Shown here: positions 38,800 through 52,310 of the stretch, one piece after another | Numbering within the stretch: the first letter of the stretch is position 1 | How the letters are laid out: each line of letters begins with the position of its first letter | Source of the DNA: Rhynchobatus australiae | Lineage: Eukaryota | Direction of reading: 5' to 3' | DNA: 64,000 nt | NCBI GenBank assembly: GCA_034780895.1 | Contig: JAUZTB010000135.1 | Coordinates: 80,597,451-80,661,450, forward strand | Program-made: the position numbers and the translations under genes | The notes under the pieces: model-generated | Database searches by the model: none | Told to the model about the DNA's origin: nothing | Seen by the model: only the letters and a program-made list of their open reading frames with translations

Positions 38800-40130
38800 A
38801 GATGCAAGATCAGTCTTCCAAAGAGTGCACCCATGGAAAGCATTTGGCCCACCTGATGTCCCTGGCTGTGTCCTTAGATTCTGTGCGGATCAGCTGGCGG
38901 GGGTATTTGCAGACATTTTTAACCTACCCCTGCTTCAATCTGAGGTTCTCACCTGCTTCAAGCTGACCACTATCATCCTGGTACCTAAGGAAAACAAGGT
39001 AATGTCCCTTGATGATTACCTCCCAGTGGCTCTGACATCCACCATTATGAAGTGCATTGAGAGGCTAGTCATACCACACATTAACTATAGCCTCCCAGAT
39101 AACCTTGACCCACTGCAATTTGATTCCCACTGAAACAGGTCTATGGCAGACACCATCTCCCTGGCCCTATACTCTTCTCTGGAGCAGCGGGACAGTAATG
39201 ACACCTACATTATATTTATTAGCTACAGCTCCACCTTCAATACTGTAATTACAAACAAACTCGTCTCCAAACTCCTTGATCTAGGCCTCAACACCTCTCT
39301 TTGCAATTGGATCTTTTGACTTCCTGACCACTGGGCTGCAATCAGAAAGGATGGCAGCAACACCTCTGCCATGTTTATTCTCAACACTAGTGCCCCCTAC
39401 TCCCTGTACACTCTTGACTGTGTGGCCAGATTCTGCTCTAAGTCCATCTACAAGTTTGCAGATAATACCACCGTGTTGGCGTACAGGAAGGAGATCGAGA
39501 ACCTACTGACATGACAACAACCTTTCTTTTGATGTCAGCAAAACAAAAGAACTGGTCATTGACTTCAGTAAGGGGTGCTGTGTTGCACACACTCCTGTTT
39601 ACATTAATGGTGCTGAGGTCAAGAGGGTTGAGAGCTGTAAGTTCCTAGGAGTGAACATCACCAATAGCCTGTCCTAGTCCAACCACGTAGATGCCACAGC
39701 CAAGGTGGCTCACCACCTTGTGGTGTATCTCTTACTGCCTTGGTAAAGCAGCCAGCATAATCAAAGATCCCACCAACCCTGGACATTATCTCTTCTCTCC
39801 CTTCAGCAGAAGATCCAAAAGCTTGAAAGCACATACCACCAGGCTTAAGGACAGCTTCTATCCCACTGTTATAAGACTATTGAAAAGTCCCCTAGTATGA
39901 TACAATGGACTCTTAACCTCATGTTCTTCCTCATTATGACCTTGCACCTTGTCGTCTGCAGCACTGCACTTTCTCTGCACCTGTAGCATTTTATTCTGCA
40001 TTCTGTTATTGTTTTCCCTTGTACTACCTCAATGCACTGTTGTGATGAAATGAGCTGTATAGATGGCATATAAAACAAAGTTTTTCGCTGTTCGTCAGTA
40101 CATGTGATAATATTAAATCAATTTAACACA
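38800..40130 (+). mobile_element. Rex1/Babar-like LINE, 5'-truncated
   Basis: CADQLAGVFADIFN...CFKLTTIILVPK...DYLPVALTSTIMKCIERL...DNLDPLQF; YKFADNTT; TTRLKDSFYPTVIRLL; tail catgtgataatattaaa. Confidence 0.9.
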
Positions 40131-40329
40131 ATAAACATTGTATTTAAATAAAGACACGAGACCAAATTACTCATGAACTGATGTGGTTTTACTGCATTTG
40201 GGCAATTATTAATCCAAAAATAACCAATCTGTTCAAACTTCAACCACTCTTCCATCCAATGATAATAGCTTTTCTAACATAAATCATGTTTTAAACATAC
40301 CCGCTATCTTTTTACTGTACACGTTGACC

Positions 40330-41137
40330 TTGCTTTCTACCAAGATTACTTTATTTATCCAGGTCCGAATGCAGTTATTAAAAACACTCAGTTGATGCAC
40401 ACGGTGGGTTGTACAACACACAGAATGGGTGTAAATGTGTTTCACAGAACAGAGGAGCAAAGGATACAAAATGTTACTGCAAGGCAAAACACCTCAAACT
40501 TCTGTGATGGTAATGAAAATCAAACACCATAACTGCCTTCCTGGAGTATAATCTTAAAACTATACTGATCAGTGCTAACATCAGTTCATGTATCAATAAG
40601 CATTTTGTGTGATTCAGTTTTTATCTCTGTATACAGCTTGAGTAGCAGTCTGTATCTTAATCATATATATGCATATAGAATGATAAATGCTTATATCAGC
40701 ATAAAAAGATAAACTGAATGACTATATATGAAGACAACAACTACAACTCTCATAGCATTGCCATTGGTTAACTTTTAAATGCTGAAGCATCATAAAAAGC
40801 AGAAACTAAAGCTACACTAAGGAAAATTGATAGTTAATGAAACAATAGTGAGTATTTATAGCCAATGGTGGAGTATTTGTCTTATCACTTTAAAAAAAAC
40901 ACTTTTCACTAAAAATTGATATACAAGCTTAGCAGCATGATAGTGCTAACAGGCAACCAACACAAGTGTTTACTTTTCTTTGCAAAGGGGAATCTATACA
41001 GTCTGGTCATTTCCTTTGCGATTAATGGTACCATGCATTTATTCTCTTGCATTCTATTAGTGTTGTCTTCACATAGATTCATATAATGGTATTGGTCATT
41101 TCCTCATACACATACACCCTATCGCGTGTTGACAGCT
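40330..41137 (-). other. STAU2: STAU2 3' UTR
   Basis: Non-repetitive AU-rich sequence after the STAU2 stop, ending near a minus-strand AATAAA. Confidence 0.65.
40350..40355 (-). promoter_or_regulatory. Candidate STAU2 polyadenylation signal AATAAA
   Basis: TTTATT on + about 0.8 kb past the STAU2 stop. Confidence 0.55.
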
Positions 41138-41270
41138 TTATAAGGATGCAGTGGCAGCCGTGGGTGCTACAGGCTCCTTGACGACAGCCTTTGAATCCTT
41201 GCAGTCCTGAGCTGTGGTGCCTGAGTTAGCCTGTTTATTGTCAGTTTTTTGTATCAGATGTTTGACTTGT
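41138..41270 (-). CDS. STAU2: Staufen homolog 2, terminal coding exon
   Basis: Minus-strand tttacAG acceptor; (I)QVKHLIQKTDNKQANSGTTAQDCKDSKAVVKEPVAPTAATASL*; resembles recalled STAU2 C-terminus (human KQAKHLREKADNNQAPPGSIAQDCKKSNSAV); position next to RDH10 is syntenic. Confidence 0.92.
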
Positions 41271-44200
41271 CTGTAAAGATGAATTGATCCAAATTAGTTT
41301 TAAAACTTGAGCCAGACAGTCTTAATGTGTTTCAACAGATAACAAGGTAGATGACAGAGAACTATGTCTTTGTGTTTTAAAAAGTGAACACAATACAATT
41401 AAAATATAGTTGAGATACTATAACTTGTGTCAGCTGTGGCTCAGTAGCAGAATACTGTGGGTCCAAATCTGACCAGAGAACAAACACCAGGAGAGTTATC
41501 ACTTCTGTCCTGGTCAATATCTGTCCATCAGCCAACCATTTTAAAAAAAACAAACTTGCTTACTATGGCACCGATGCAGTGGTCAATGACGGTTTGGTTG
41601 TTGTTCCATCACATCAAAATTTAGTTGTGTCCAAGTTCCAATGTATTGGTTACAACAAACCTAAGCATAGTACATTTTTTTATTCACAGTGTGCTACACA
41701 CATTGCTCTTCTGAAACTGGGGTCAAGCAGTTGGCCACAGGTCAGAGGGGATTGGATCAACAACTTAGCATCAACCTGCAGCATTGATAATGCTGTGTGT
41801 GGGTGGGAAGTGGTGTGTTGGAATGAGTCAGCCAGACACTTGTGTGGAAGGGGTCTGAATCATTCATTTTCATACTTTCTTATAACATAAGTGGAGGCTC
41901 TTTGGCTCATCGAGTCTGTGTTGGCTCTCAAAACAATGCCATCAGTTCCTTTTTCCTCACTCATTTTCCTGTAACCTATTCTATCTTGTGTTGGGATCTG
42001 GTGGGTTTGAGCGACATGGGGGGGAGGAGGGTTGGAATGTAGAAAGAAGATTGAGGATTGTGGGGGTTGTGCTGGGAAAGAGATCAGGCGGGGGGCCAAC
42101 ATGGAGATAATTGGGTTGGGCTAGGTGGGAAATATTAGCAGTAAAATAGGTGGGGATCTGTCAGGGGAGGGGGAGATACATGGTACAGATCAGCAGTTTG
42201 GAGGATGGGCTGGAGATTGTTTGAATTTGGATGAAAAGGGAGCAGTGGAGAGGGCCCAAAATGAAGGTTTTTTTCTTGAACTTGCCTTATGGGCCTCCCA
42301 AATTAGATCTGCATTTTTAAGACCTCATTATTCCATGAGTATCCAATGTCTCAGGACAAACCTCTGCTCCAAAGTGGGACTGGCGTAATCACATGCAGTC
42401 CTGATGCAGAAATCACAGAGGAGTCACTCGGGTAACTCACTAAGTGCCAGGACAAATTTCCCTGAATGATGCAACGCAACCATCATACATCACTCACTGA
42501 AAAATTGTTTTCCAATTGCCTAACATGAGGGGAAAAAGGCATTATGACACTGAACTTCTAAGTAACTATGTGGATATTTGTGGGACTTATTGTACACCGA
42601 CAAATTTCCTGCAGTAAAGTGGTGACTTCACTTCAAAAATACTTCTCTGGTTGCAAAGGGACTTGGAAATCCTGAGGGTAAGGTACTATGAGTTTTTTTC
42701 ATTACTTTTACTATCTTAAAAGAATCTCCAACTAGCAAATAATTTCTTTGTTCTGAAGCAATTTTTATAAGATTTCTAAATCTCATCTGGTACCTCTCAT
42801 CTACATGGACAGATTTAAAAAATTGCAAGAGATGAGAAAACCACCCTGTGCACTATTTATGGGACCTTTTTGTAGTATTTAATGGAATCTCTAATNNNNN
42901 NNNNNNNNNNNNNNNNNNNNNNNNNNNNNNNNNNNNNNNNNNNNNNNNNNNNNNNNNNNNNNNNNNNNNNNNNNNNNNNNNNNNNNNNNNNNNNNNNNNN
43001 NNNNNNNNNNNNNNNNNNNNNNNNNNNNNNNNNNNNNNNNNNNNNNNNNNNNNNNNNNNNNNNNNNNNNNNNNNNNNNNNNNNNNNNNNNNNNNNNNNNN
43101 NNNNNNNNNNNNNNNNNNNNNNNNNNNNNNNNNNNNNNNNNNNNNNNNNNNNNNNNNNNNNNNNNNNNNNNNNNNNNNNNNNNNNNNNNNNNNNNNNNNN
43201 NNNNNNNNNNNNNNNNNNNNNNNNNNNNNNNNNNNNNNNNNNNNNNNNNNNNNNNNNNNNNNNNNNNNNNNNNNNNNNNNNNNNNNNNNNNNNNNNNNNN
43301 NNNNNNNNNNNNNNNNNNNNNNNNNNNNNNNNNNNNNNNNNNNNNNNNNNNNNNNNNNNNNNNNNNNNNNNNNNNNNNNNNNNNNNNNNNNNNNNNNNNN
43401 NNNNNNNNNNNNNNNNNNNNNNNNNNNNNNNNNNNNNNNNNNNNNNNNNNNNNNNNNNNNNNNNNNNNNNNNNNNNNNNNNNNNNNNNNNNNNNNNNNNN
43501 NNNNNNNNNNNNNNNNNNNNNNNNNNNNNNNNNNNNNNNNNNNNNNNNNNNNNNNNNNNNNNNNNNNNNNNNNNNNNNNNNNNNNNNNNNNNNNNNNNNN
43601 NNNNNNTTAACAGAATTTGACACTTTTTTGGCTAAATTCATTAATCTGTACTACTACTACTACTCTCTTTTGGGAAGGCATCTGGTTGAGAGTCCTCCTG
43701 TGAACTTTTATAAAAAGATTTACTGGCAACAACTGGGCAGATGAGAGAGGAAGTTCAAGGGACTGTGAACATTTTAAGTAAAGAAAAACACAAGTAAATT
43801 GAACCTAGCAAGACAGATTCTGACACTAAAGCCCCAGGAAAACCATAAATCTTCACCTGGACTCAGGTAACTTAAAGGTTATCCATAAATTCATAGGAAA
43901 CTCGCTATCTGAGTAAACCAGGTAAATGTAACTACGTAAATAATAGAATGATTCAGTGAACAACTCCAGTCTCCTGGGCCTCAGAATGGTGCAAAACCTC
44001 AGCTGGGATCACATCACAAAAAAGAGATGTGGTGCAACATTAGAAGAGGTTCCACTGCTGTTGGAAATCTTAACAGTAGTAGTGCTAGGTTAAAGTAGAT
44101 TCAATGCACAGGAATACCTTGGGGGAGAAAGTAAAGGGAGCTATCTGAATAAAAAAAAACCTTTCATACGTAAAGTGGCCAGGTTAAGCACAATTAATAT

Positions 44201-44279
44201 CTTATGTTTGCTGTGGGAATTTAGACGACAAAAGAATAGAGATGATTGTTGTTGAAGAAGTTTAAAGAAAAGATTCTAG

Positions 44280-44975
44280 AGTTGGCTCAATGGATAGGAT
44301 ACTCACCTCTGAATTAAGAGTTTAAGGGTCATGCCAGAGATTTCTGCAGATAATCTAGGCTGCCACTCTCACTTCAGTGCATACTGAGTCATGCTGCATT
44401 GTCAGAGATGTAATCTTTCAAAAACAGACAGTTAGCCAAGGCTTTTCTTGCTCCCTCTCAGGTATGCATAAGAAATGGCACCAATCATGGAAGAGTAGGT
44501 TCCAAGAGCAGGAGCAGCATGGAAGAGATTATTCACCAATCATCGTAAATAAAACAGATCATCTGGTTATTTACCTTATTGTTTGTGGGATCCTGCTATC
44601 CACACATTGGCTGCAACATTTCCTTACACAATAGTCAGAGACTTTTTCCCAGGGCAAAATTGGCTAACACAAGGGGCATAATTTTGAGGTGACTGGAGGA
44701 AGGTATGGGGGGAATATCAGAGGCAAGTTTTTTTTTGCACAGAGTGTTGGGTGTGTGGAACGCACTGCCAGCAGAGATGTTGAAGGCAGATACATTAGGG
44801 ACATTTAAGAGTCTCTTAGGCACATGAATGATGGAAAAATGGAGGGGTATGTGGGAAGGAAGGGTTAGATAGATCTTAGACATCATGGGCCAAAGGGCCT
44901 GTAATGTGCTATAATGTTCTATGACAACAGTAATTAAGTTCTGTAAAACACTTGGGAACTCCAAAGGTCAAGCGA
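44280..44975 (+). mobile_element. Deu-domain SINE (SacSINE1-like) interrupted by CR1
   Basis: ttggctcaatggataggatactcacctctgaa...ataatctaggctgccactc...gctgcattgtcagag; similar to 53050-53420. Confidence 0.6.
44635..44923 (+). mobile_element. CR1 3' end
   Basis: FFAQSVGCVERT-like segment and tail gggcctgtaatgtgctataatgttctatg; closely resembles 18510-18850. Confidence 0.85.
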
Positions 44976-46439
44976 CCATCATAGGGAGTAAAAGGCAGCA
45001 CACACTAATTAGACCTAAATGTTACCAGCTAGAAATGCTGAGTTAAACTTGCTTGCTGCCTGACTGCAGTTTCTATAAATTGACTATTTTTGGACCCAAT
45101 TATTTTTATTTCCCCTAGGAGATGGTTTTGATCCTAACCCTTGCAGCAGGAAACCAGCACAATTGATCAGCTTCCTGCCTATGTGCACTTTTACTTTGAA
45201 GTTATTAGAAATTGCATAGGGGGTGGGAGTGTAATTTTTTGCTGTAATCAGTTTGCAAAATATTTGAAATGAAATTGCAAAAAAATGTTTGAAATATCTA
45301 TCTAATAATATTGTATTAATTAGTGGGGCCCATAGCAAACAGTGATATTATTGTAGCTTTAACATACTTATTTGAAATATGACTTTAACTTTGTATATCA
45401 GCCAATCACAAAGAGGCATCACAGAACTTAGGAGAGAATCAAGCTGTGTATTTTACGTCCTTCAATAGTGCCATCTTCAAAAAAAGTGTCAAGGCTACCT
45501 GAAAAGGGCATCCTGAAGAAACTGTCAGAGATAGCAGCTTCTCACCATTTCCTTCGATCTCCTTTTACCAGATATTCAATGGTGCTCTTAATGCCATAGA
45601 ATGATTCAACATTGGAGACACACCAGCTTGTCATGCCTGTATCGATTCTGTGATAGAGCTATTCAAACCTGCTCTTTCCCTGCAGCCCTACAATTCTTTT
45701 CCCCTCCAGTATTTATCCAAGTCCACTTTTGCAAGTTACTATGGAATCTGACTATGTATGGCAGGTCGTAACAATTACCTCACTTCATTTTTTGTTCGTC
45801 TTAAATCAATGTTCTTTGATTACTGTCCCTCTTGCCACTGGAAACAGCTAATTTGTATTTATTTAAATTAAGCCAAATGGTTCAACAATAACTTTCCAAA
45901 ATCCTCCTTATTCCTAATTTCTAAAGCCTTGAAATTATGTACCATTTTCTGAATTTTTTTTCCCTATTTAAAGTAGAGTTAGCTTCAAATGAATACCATT
46001 TTAGGATGCTAATTTTTAATTTGTTACCCTGCATTTAACCCCTTTACCAAAGTCATCCATTTTCTTAATTCTCTCAGTTATTCTTTTAGTTATCTTTAAA
46101 TCATTAATTTGACAACTAAGCATTTCTTTTGCAAAGTAAGAAATATTATGTAATCTTTCCAAATCAGCTTGCAGGATTTCAGATGCTGTCTGATCAGTTC
46201 CTTATGACCTTTTATATTTGTGCTCTTTCTTCTAATACAATCTTATTAAGATTTTTTTAAATGGGGATATTTGGATGTATATGGTACTATAGGAGGCCAC
46301 AGGATAGCCTAAAAATTAAAACCATGAAGTATTTTTTAAAGTGATTTCTTTAGTTCAGGTGACTGCTGTTTGAAGAACTGTGCTTTAAGCAACTGGCAAT
46401 GAGAGATTACAACTAATCTGTTTTTTTTGTGTTGTATTT

Positions 46440-46630
46440 GACAAAATTTAAGTGTTGCCAAGGACACCAAGGGAATTCTGGTGCTCTTTATTGTGTCATG
46501 GGATCTTTTAAGTATGCCCCAGAGTGCAAACAGGGCCTCAGTTTAATGATTCATTCAAAGGATAGTCCCTTCCACAACGTAGCAGTCCACACAACTGTAA
46601 TGAATTGTCACATTGGATTATATGTTCAAA
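46440..46630 (-). mobile_element. Deu-SINE fragment
   Basis: gtgtcatgggatctttt...gggcctcagtttaatgattcattcaaagg. Confidence 0.5.
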
Positions 46631-46649
46631 TTCCATGCAGCTACTCGAG

Positions 46650-46890
46650 AACCATCTGCTCATGTTTCTGCAGTTCTTCTGGGGAAGACATTCCCAGAGT
46701 GTTGTTCGGTAGACATTAGACCAAGCAATGGTAAAGGAACAGCTATACATTTCCAGACACTGTGTGACTTGGAGCAGGAAGTACAGTTCGTGGTACTTCC
46801 ATTCAACTTGTTTCCCTTGTCTTCCTTGGTGGTAGAAGTCATGGGTTTGGAAGGTGACAATCCTTGGACATACAGAAGAGAGCGCTAACA
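46650..46890 (-). mobile_element. LINE 3' fragment (CR1/L2 group)
   Basis: Parallels 37440-37620. Confidence 0.5.
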
Positions 46891-47169
46891 CTGAACTAAG
46901 GTTGATACCTTTTTTCACTTTGTTAATAGCTTGACATTTTGGCAGATTATAATACTTAATATACTGTAGATTAAAATATATAGTTAATAATTAAAATAAA
47001 TTATAGTCTCATGATTAATAAACTTCATCACAATTCCATTGGCTATAAGTTTGTGTTGAGACTGTCACTGGATGGAAACTTAAGAACTTCATATGTTTAT
47101 TTATCTGAACCCCAGTTTTCCACTTAAAACGACAAAGGAAGTTAAACGAACACATGCCTTGGTCAGCCA

Positions 47170-48265
47170 ACATAAAGAAAGAGTTGTACAGCACAGAAAC
47201 AGACCACCTACCTTCTTATAATTTTATATAACTCTGAGGTCACCCCTTAGCCTTCTTTGCTCCTGACAACCTCTCCATAACTGAGGTCCTCCAATTCAGG
47301 CAACATCTCGGTGAATCTTCTTTGCACCATCATCATTGCAACTACACCGTTCCGAAAGTGCGGTGACCAGAACTGCACACAATGCTCCAAGCGCACCCTA
47401 ACCAAAGTTGTAACGCCCCATCTTTTATATTCTATGCCCTGATTTATGAAGGCCAGCATGCCATATACCACCTTCACCACCCATCTGTCTGTGTTGCCAC
47501 TTTCAGGGAACTACAGACTTGAACCCAGAAGTCCCTCTGTTCATCAACATTCCTTAGCATCCTACCATTCCTTGCACACGTCCTACCTGTATCTGACTTC
47601 CCAAAATGCATCGTTGTGCACTTGTCAGAATTAAGTTCCATCTGCCAATGTTCCACCCAACTTTCCATCTGTTCTATATCCTGCTGTGGCCTTAGACAAT
47701 TTTCCTTGCTATACACAGTGCCACCAACATTTGTGCCATCTGCAAGCTTGTTAAATATACCTCCTACATTCACATCCAAGTCGTTACTATGCATCATAAA
47801 CAAGGGTTGCAGCACCGATCCCTGCTCTACACCACTGGTTAGAGACTTCCAATCAGCAAAGCATTCTTCCACCACTACCTTCTGCTTCCTATCACCAAGC
47901 CAATTTAGTATCCAATTAGCCAGCTTGCCTTAACCTTCTGGACCAGTCTAACATAGAGGTCCTTGTCAAATACCTTGCTGGAGTCCATATAGACCACATT
48001 GATACACTGCCTTCATCAGTCTTCTTAGTGACCTCCTCAAAAATAAAATAATCAAATTAGTGAGGCAGGATTTCCCCCACACAAAGCCATGCTGCCCATC
48101 CCTGATCAGCCTTTCTAAATGTACATAAATCCTACTCCGAAGGATCTTCTCCAATAATTTCCCACCACTGACACAAGGCTCACCAGCCTGTAGTTACCTG
48201 GCTTATCCCTGCTGCCCTGCTAAAATAAAAGAACATCATTAGCTATCCTCCAGTATTGTGCCGTC
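47170..48265 (-). mobile_element. CR1 LINE ORF2 remnant
   Basis: QHGFVWGKSCLTNL, SGVEQGSVL, KLADGT and LEHCVQFWSPH motifs. Confidence 0.92.
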
Positions 48266-48329
48266 TGACATGTACTAAATTTCATGACATCAGAAGGTCC
48301 CAAAATGATAATGAAGCAGTCTATGAAGA

Positions 48330-48520
48330 GCAGCCACAGTTGTGGGAAAATTGGTAGGCAAGATGCACACACAAATCTCAACAAGAATATTGTACTATTG
48401 ACCACGTGATCTGTTTTAGTGATGGTGAAGGAGGGATAAATATTGCTTGGACACCAGAGATAACATGCTCCTTTTCTTTGGATTGTTACCATGAGATCTC
48501 TTGTATCCACCTGGGAATAG
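48330..48520 (-). mobile_element. Deu-SINE 3' fragment
   Basis: Reverse complement resembles 44530-44630 and 53260-53310. Confidence 0.5.
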
Positions 48521-49394
48521 TCTAACACATGAACTGCAGCCATGCACACTTCCCTTGCCAACATTATCTGCAGCATCGACTTGGTCCTCAAGCAGGCTCC
48601 TGATTGGCTGGCCCTACAAAACACAGGCCTTCATATGTCTGTGAATGGGATACTCAATCACTGAGTAGATATTCAAAAACCATTAAAGAATGATTCTATT
48701 AAAGGTTTAATCGAAAAAAACTAAAAGGAAGAGAAAACATTTAGAAACAATTATACATAATTAATATATTTGTTATGTAATTAATTAAAAAAATAGATAA
48801 TTACCAGAAAGAATGGTGTGTTGAACCTGTACAAGATCAATGCCAGGATTCCCCAAGAAGAATCCAATATCAAAATGCAATTGGAATTGGAGCAGCGGTA
48901 ACATCTTATTAAAGGGTTAGGATTTCTGTGTTCATATTCNNNNNNNNNNNNNNNNNNNNNNNNNNNNNNNNNNNNNNNNNNNNNNNNNNNNNNNNNNNNN
49001 NNNNNNNNCATCTTAAAGGAGAGAGAGTTAGAGAAGTGGAGAGATTCAGTGCAGGAATTCCAGTGAGTAGGTCCTTGACAGCTTAAGGCATGGCTGCCAA
49101 TTGTAATTTGTGTGTTTCAGACAAGAATGCTACCAAATGAACCATAGCTGACACCAACAATATCATCAAGATTAATATCTGAGAGACTACAGGATTCATT
49201 TTTTTTACTACCATGATAATTGTACACTTACGCACATTGAATTAGATCTGCTAACTGCTTGCACAGTTATCTAAATTACTTTCTAATTAGGCTCCATTGC
49301 TACTACTTATTTGATGTGTCTCCTACATTTATATCATCTACTTATTACATCCAGTCCAGAAAAGAGAGATTTCACTGAGAATTAATGTACTTAC

Positions 49395-49483
49395 ATTTCA
49401 ATGGATCCATTTTCTACCTTGATTGCACCCTCCACTGGGTCGAGTCCTTGTTCAGATAGCTGTTTCAAGGCATTTAAAGCTGC
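49395..49483 (-). CDS. STAU2: Staufen homolog 2, penultimate coding exon (end of dsRBD5 region)
   Basis: Minus-strand cacAG...GTaagt; 89 nt; AALNALKQLSEQGLDPVEGAIKVENGSIE(I); 2-nt overhang joins the terminal exon in frame. Confidence 0.94.
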
Positions 49484-50049
49484 CTGTGGAACCAAAAGCA
49501 AATCTGTGCAAGTTTCAAGATAGTTTCAAGGTTCCCTTAATGCCAGTCACTTTCCTTTCTCATTCATTCTCAGGAGCTATAGATCTTGTAATAAATGTAT
49601 ATTTTGGAATACAGCACAAGTAATGATATTAAATATAATCTATTCATTCTAAGTAAAGCTACACTTTAGGATTTTTATATTAATTGTAATTAATGTTACC
49701 TTTTAAGATGTGAGCCTTTAAATGATATAAACATTTCCTTTCATGGAATCAAGTCCTTAATAGATTACTTAGAACAGTATAGTTTCTAAAATTAAGCCAG
49801 GAAACCAGCAAAGCTATTCAGATCATTTTATGTGCAAGTAATTTTTCAGAATATGTGCCTTAATGGGAAAGAACAATAAATACCTCAGCTCATCTACCAC
49901 TCAAAGAGATTTGACTAATATACTACACCTAGCCAGCCTCCCCTTCTCCTGCACGTTATGAAATAAAAGTCATCCAAAATTTTTCTAGTCATGTCTTAAC
50001 TCACAACCAGTAGGGTTCACCCACGGGCTCTGTCTTTGCATTTTCAAAT

Positions 50050-50378
50050 CCTTCTGAGGTCTCACTCCTCCCTAGCTTTGTAACATCCTCCAGTCCTGGC
50101 TTTTTCATCCCAAAATGTAATCACCTCACCATTGGCAGCCACGCCTGTAGCTGTTGAGGCCCTAGCCACGGGAATTTCTTTGCTGAATCTCTCCACTTCT
50201 CTTTCCTCAGTTAAGGTAATCCTGAAAATCTACCTCTTTGGCTAAGCTTTCAGTCATCTACCCAAATGACTAAAAGTGGCTCAGTGTCAAATATTGTTCG
50301 ATAATGCTTCTTTGAAGCTCTTTGGGATCTTTTGCTATGTTAAAGATGCTAAATAAGTACAATTTGTTGTTGTTGTAT
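50050..50378 (+). mobile_element. L2-type LINE 3' end
   Basis: accattggcagccacgcc...aaaatctacctctttgg; tail gttaaagatgctaaataagtacaatttgttgttgttgt. Confidence 0.65.
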
Positions 50379-50617
50379 TTAGAAAACATTCTACATGATG
50401 TTTTTACTTTCTATGTTCACAACAGAATGGTTTGATTTTCAACTTTGAACATTATTATACATAAGGGTGAGTTCACAACTGAAGCTGCATAGCTGGTCTC
50501 CACAACCCCATTGCTGCTATGTATCCAGTGACTCTACTACAAAAAGTATGCATCAGGACATTAAGCAGGAATGGAATTTGATGTCCCCACAAGGTCAATC
50601 AATCGCAAGCTAAGTTT

Positions 50618-50835
50618 AGAAACATATGAACATGTGAAATAGGAGCAAGAGGAGGCTGTGCTGTCATTCAATAAGATCACGGCTAATCTACTTGTACCCA
50701 ACTCTGCATTCCCGTCTATCCCCAGTAAGTCATTGTCCCCTTGCTTACCGAGAATTTATCTACCTCAGCCTTAAGACTGTTCAAAGACTCAGCTTTCACC
50801 ACCCTTTCAGAAAAAGACTCACAACCTTCTGAGTG
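50618..50835 (-). mobile_element. CR1 3' tail
   Basis: gaacatgtgaaataggagcaagaggaggc...cattcaataagatcacggct. Confidence 0.65.
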
Positions 50836-52139
50836 AGAAAATACAAATGATGAATGGGTACTTCAGAAAACAAAAAATAACATCGTTATGTTGTTGAAAT
50901 AGAGAATAGAACCAAATTGTCTGTCATCACTTCCATTATGGTATTATATAGAATTGCTATGATGACATTTGTGGTGATGTATTTCAAGGCAGATTATGTG
51001 GCTAACGAAAAGCTCATTTAGTTATTCTAATCTTTGTGTTATTGGAACTGGCAAACGGCCTTTTGCCATAGGTCACAGTGGAAAGAAGTACAAATCCGTC
51101 AATTCTATTACTTAAGATAACTATTTTGAGAACTTTTCATTTTATAGATATTTCCAAAATTTTCAGTTGGTATGGCCAGTCAACACACGTTAAAAAAAAA
51201 TCAGGATCCTTCTTCGGATAAACTGAGTGACCTGTGTATTACAAATAACCCTAACCCTTAATGAGTAAAATAATTCAATCCCTCTGAAATGAGCAGAGGT
51301 CACTGTGCCAGCAGGGGTAAATGGAACTTCCACTGCACCAAGTATTTACAACAGTCACAGGGAACTACTGGACGAAATGTCTTGCCGCCTTAAGGAGTTT
51401 GGCATATCTAAAATGATATGCATTTCTAAAATCATATGTCAACCATATCACTAAAGATAAATGACATGTCAACTAAAGAAAACAAAAATCCTAGCCCAGA
51501 AATTCATTTGCACAATTCAAAATAAAACCAGCCACCTCGCAGTTGAAAGTCAGCTTAACCTGCAGCACATTTCTGAGCGTCTAACCCAGAGCCTGTTGGA
51601 AACTTGAACCCAAACTTTTCAGATACGTTTTTGATTATCCTAGCCCATATTTTTTGGTGTAAAACTCTAGTGTGCCATCAATAGTAGCAGAATATTCAAA
51701 ATTTGTGAGCAGAGAGATTTTCAACTTCATTGGCTCGAAAAATGACATCTCTTATTAATTCNNNNNNNNNNAATGATTTTACAGACTTCTGAAACCATAC
51801 CACTTAAAAGGCCAACAATCAAACTGTATTCTTTATCAAGGACCTCATCTACTTTTCCTTCAGCACACAGGAGCAGGCACAGCCAATTGCTTCCACAAAG
51901 TGCAGGCACTCATAGACAGCACTCGTGTTCTCTGGTAAACGCACCATGCTGTCACCTATGAGAGTGTCCTTATGCAGAAAAAAAATGCCTCCTGCAAGCA
52001 GCATTCTGCCCTAGCTGCCCAGGTCCCTCTGGTTCCCTGTGAGCACTCTCCCACACAATAACCCTGCATTTCTGATGCATCCATTCATTCAGTAGCAACA
52101 CTACCTGGTAGCTGAAGGGCACTGCTTGTATTGCAGTAC

Positions 52140-52310
52140 GTCTCTGGAATTGTATCTGCTGGGCTACATGAATTGGCAACACATCAATGGAGAACATAAC
52201 ACTGAAAATGCCAATGTCAACTTCAATACATTGTTACACAGAAAAATCCAACAATGCTGTTCTGTGAATCTTGCAAATGAAGATTGCATTTGGGTGACCC
52301 AAACATTGGT
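52140..52310. repeat. Unclassified interspersed repeat, inverted relative to 21830-22050
   Basis: Reverse-complement similarity to 21830-22050. Confidence 0.65.

Noticed and set aside
42848-43744. ORFs of 242-298 aa
   Set aside because: Almost entirely N gap
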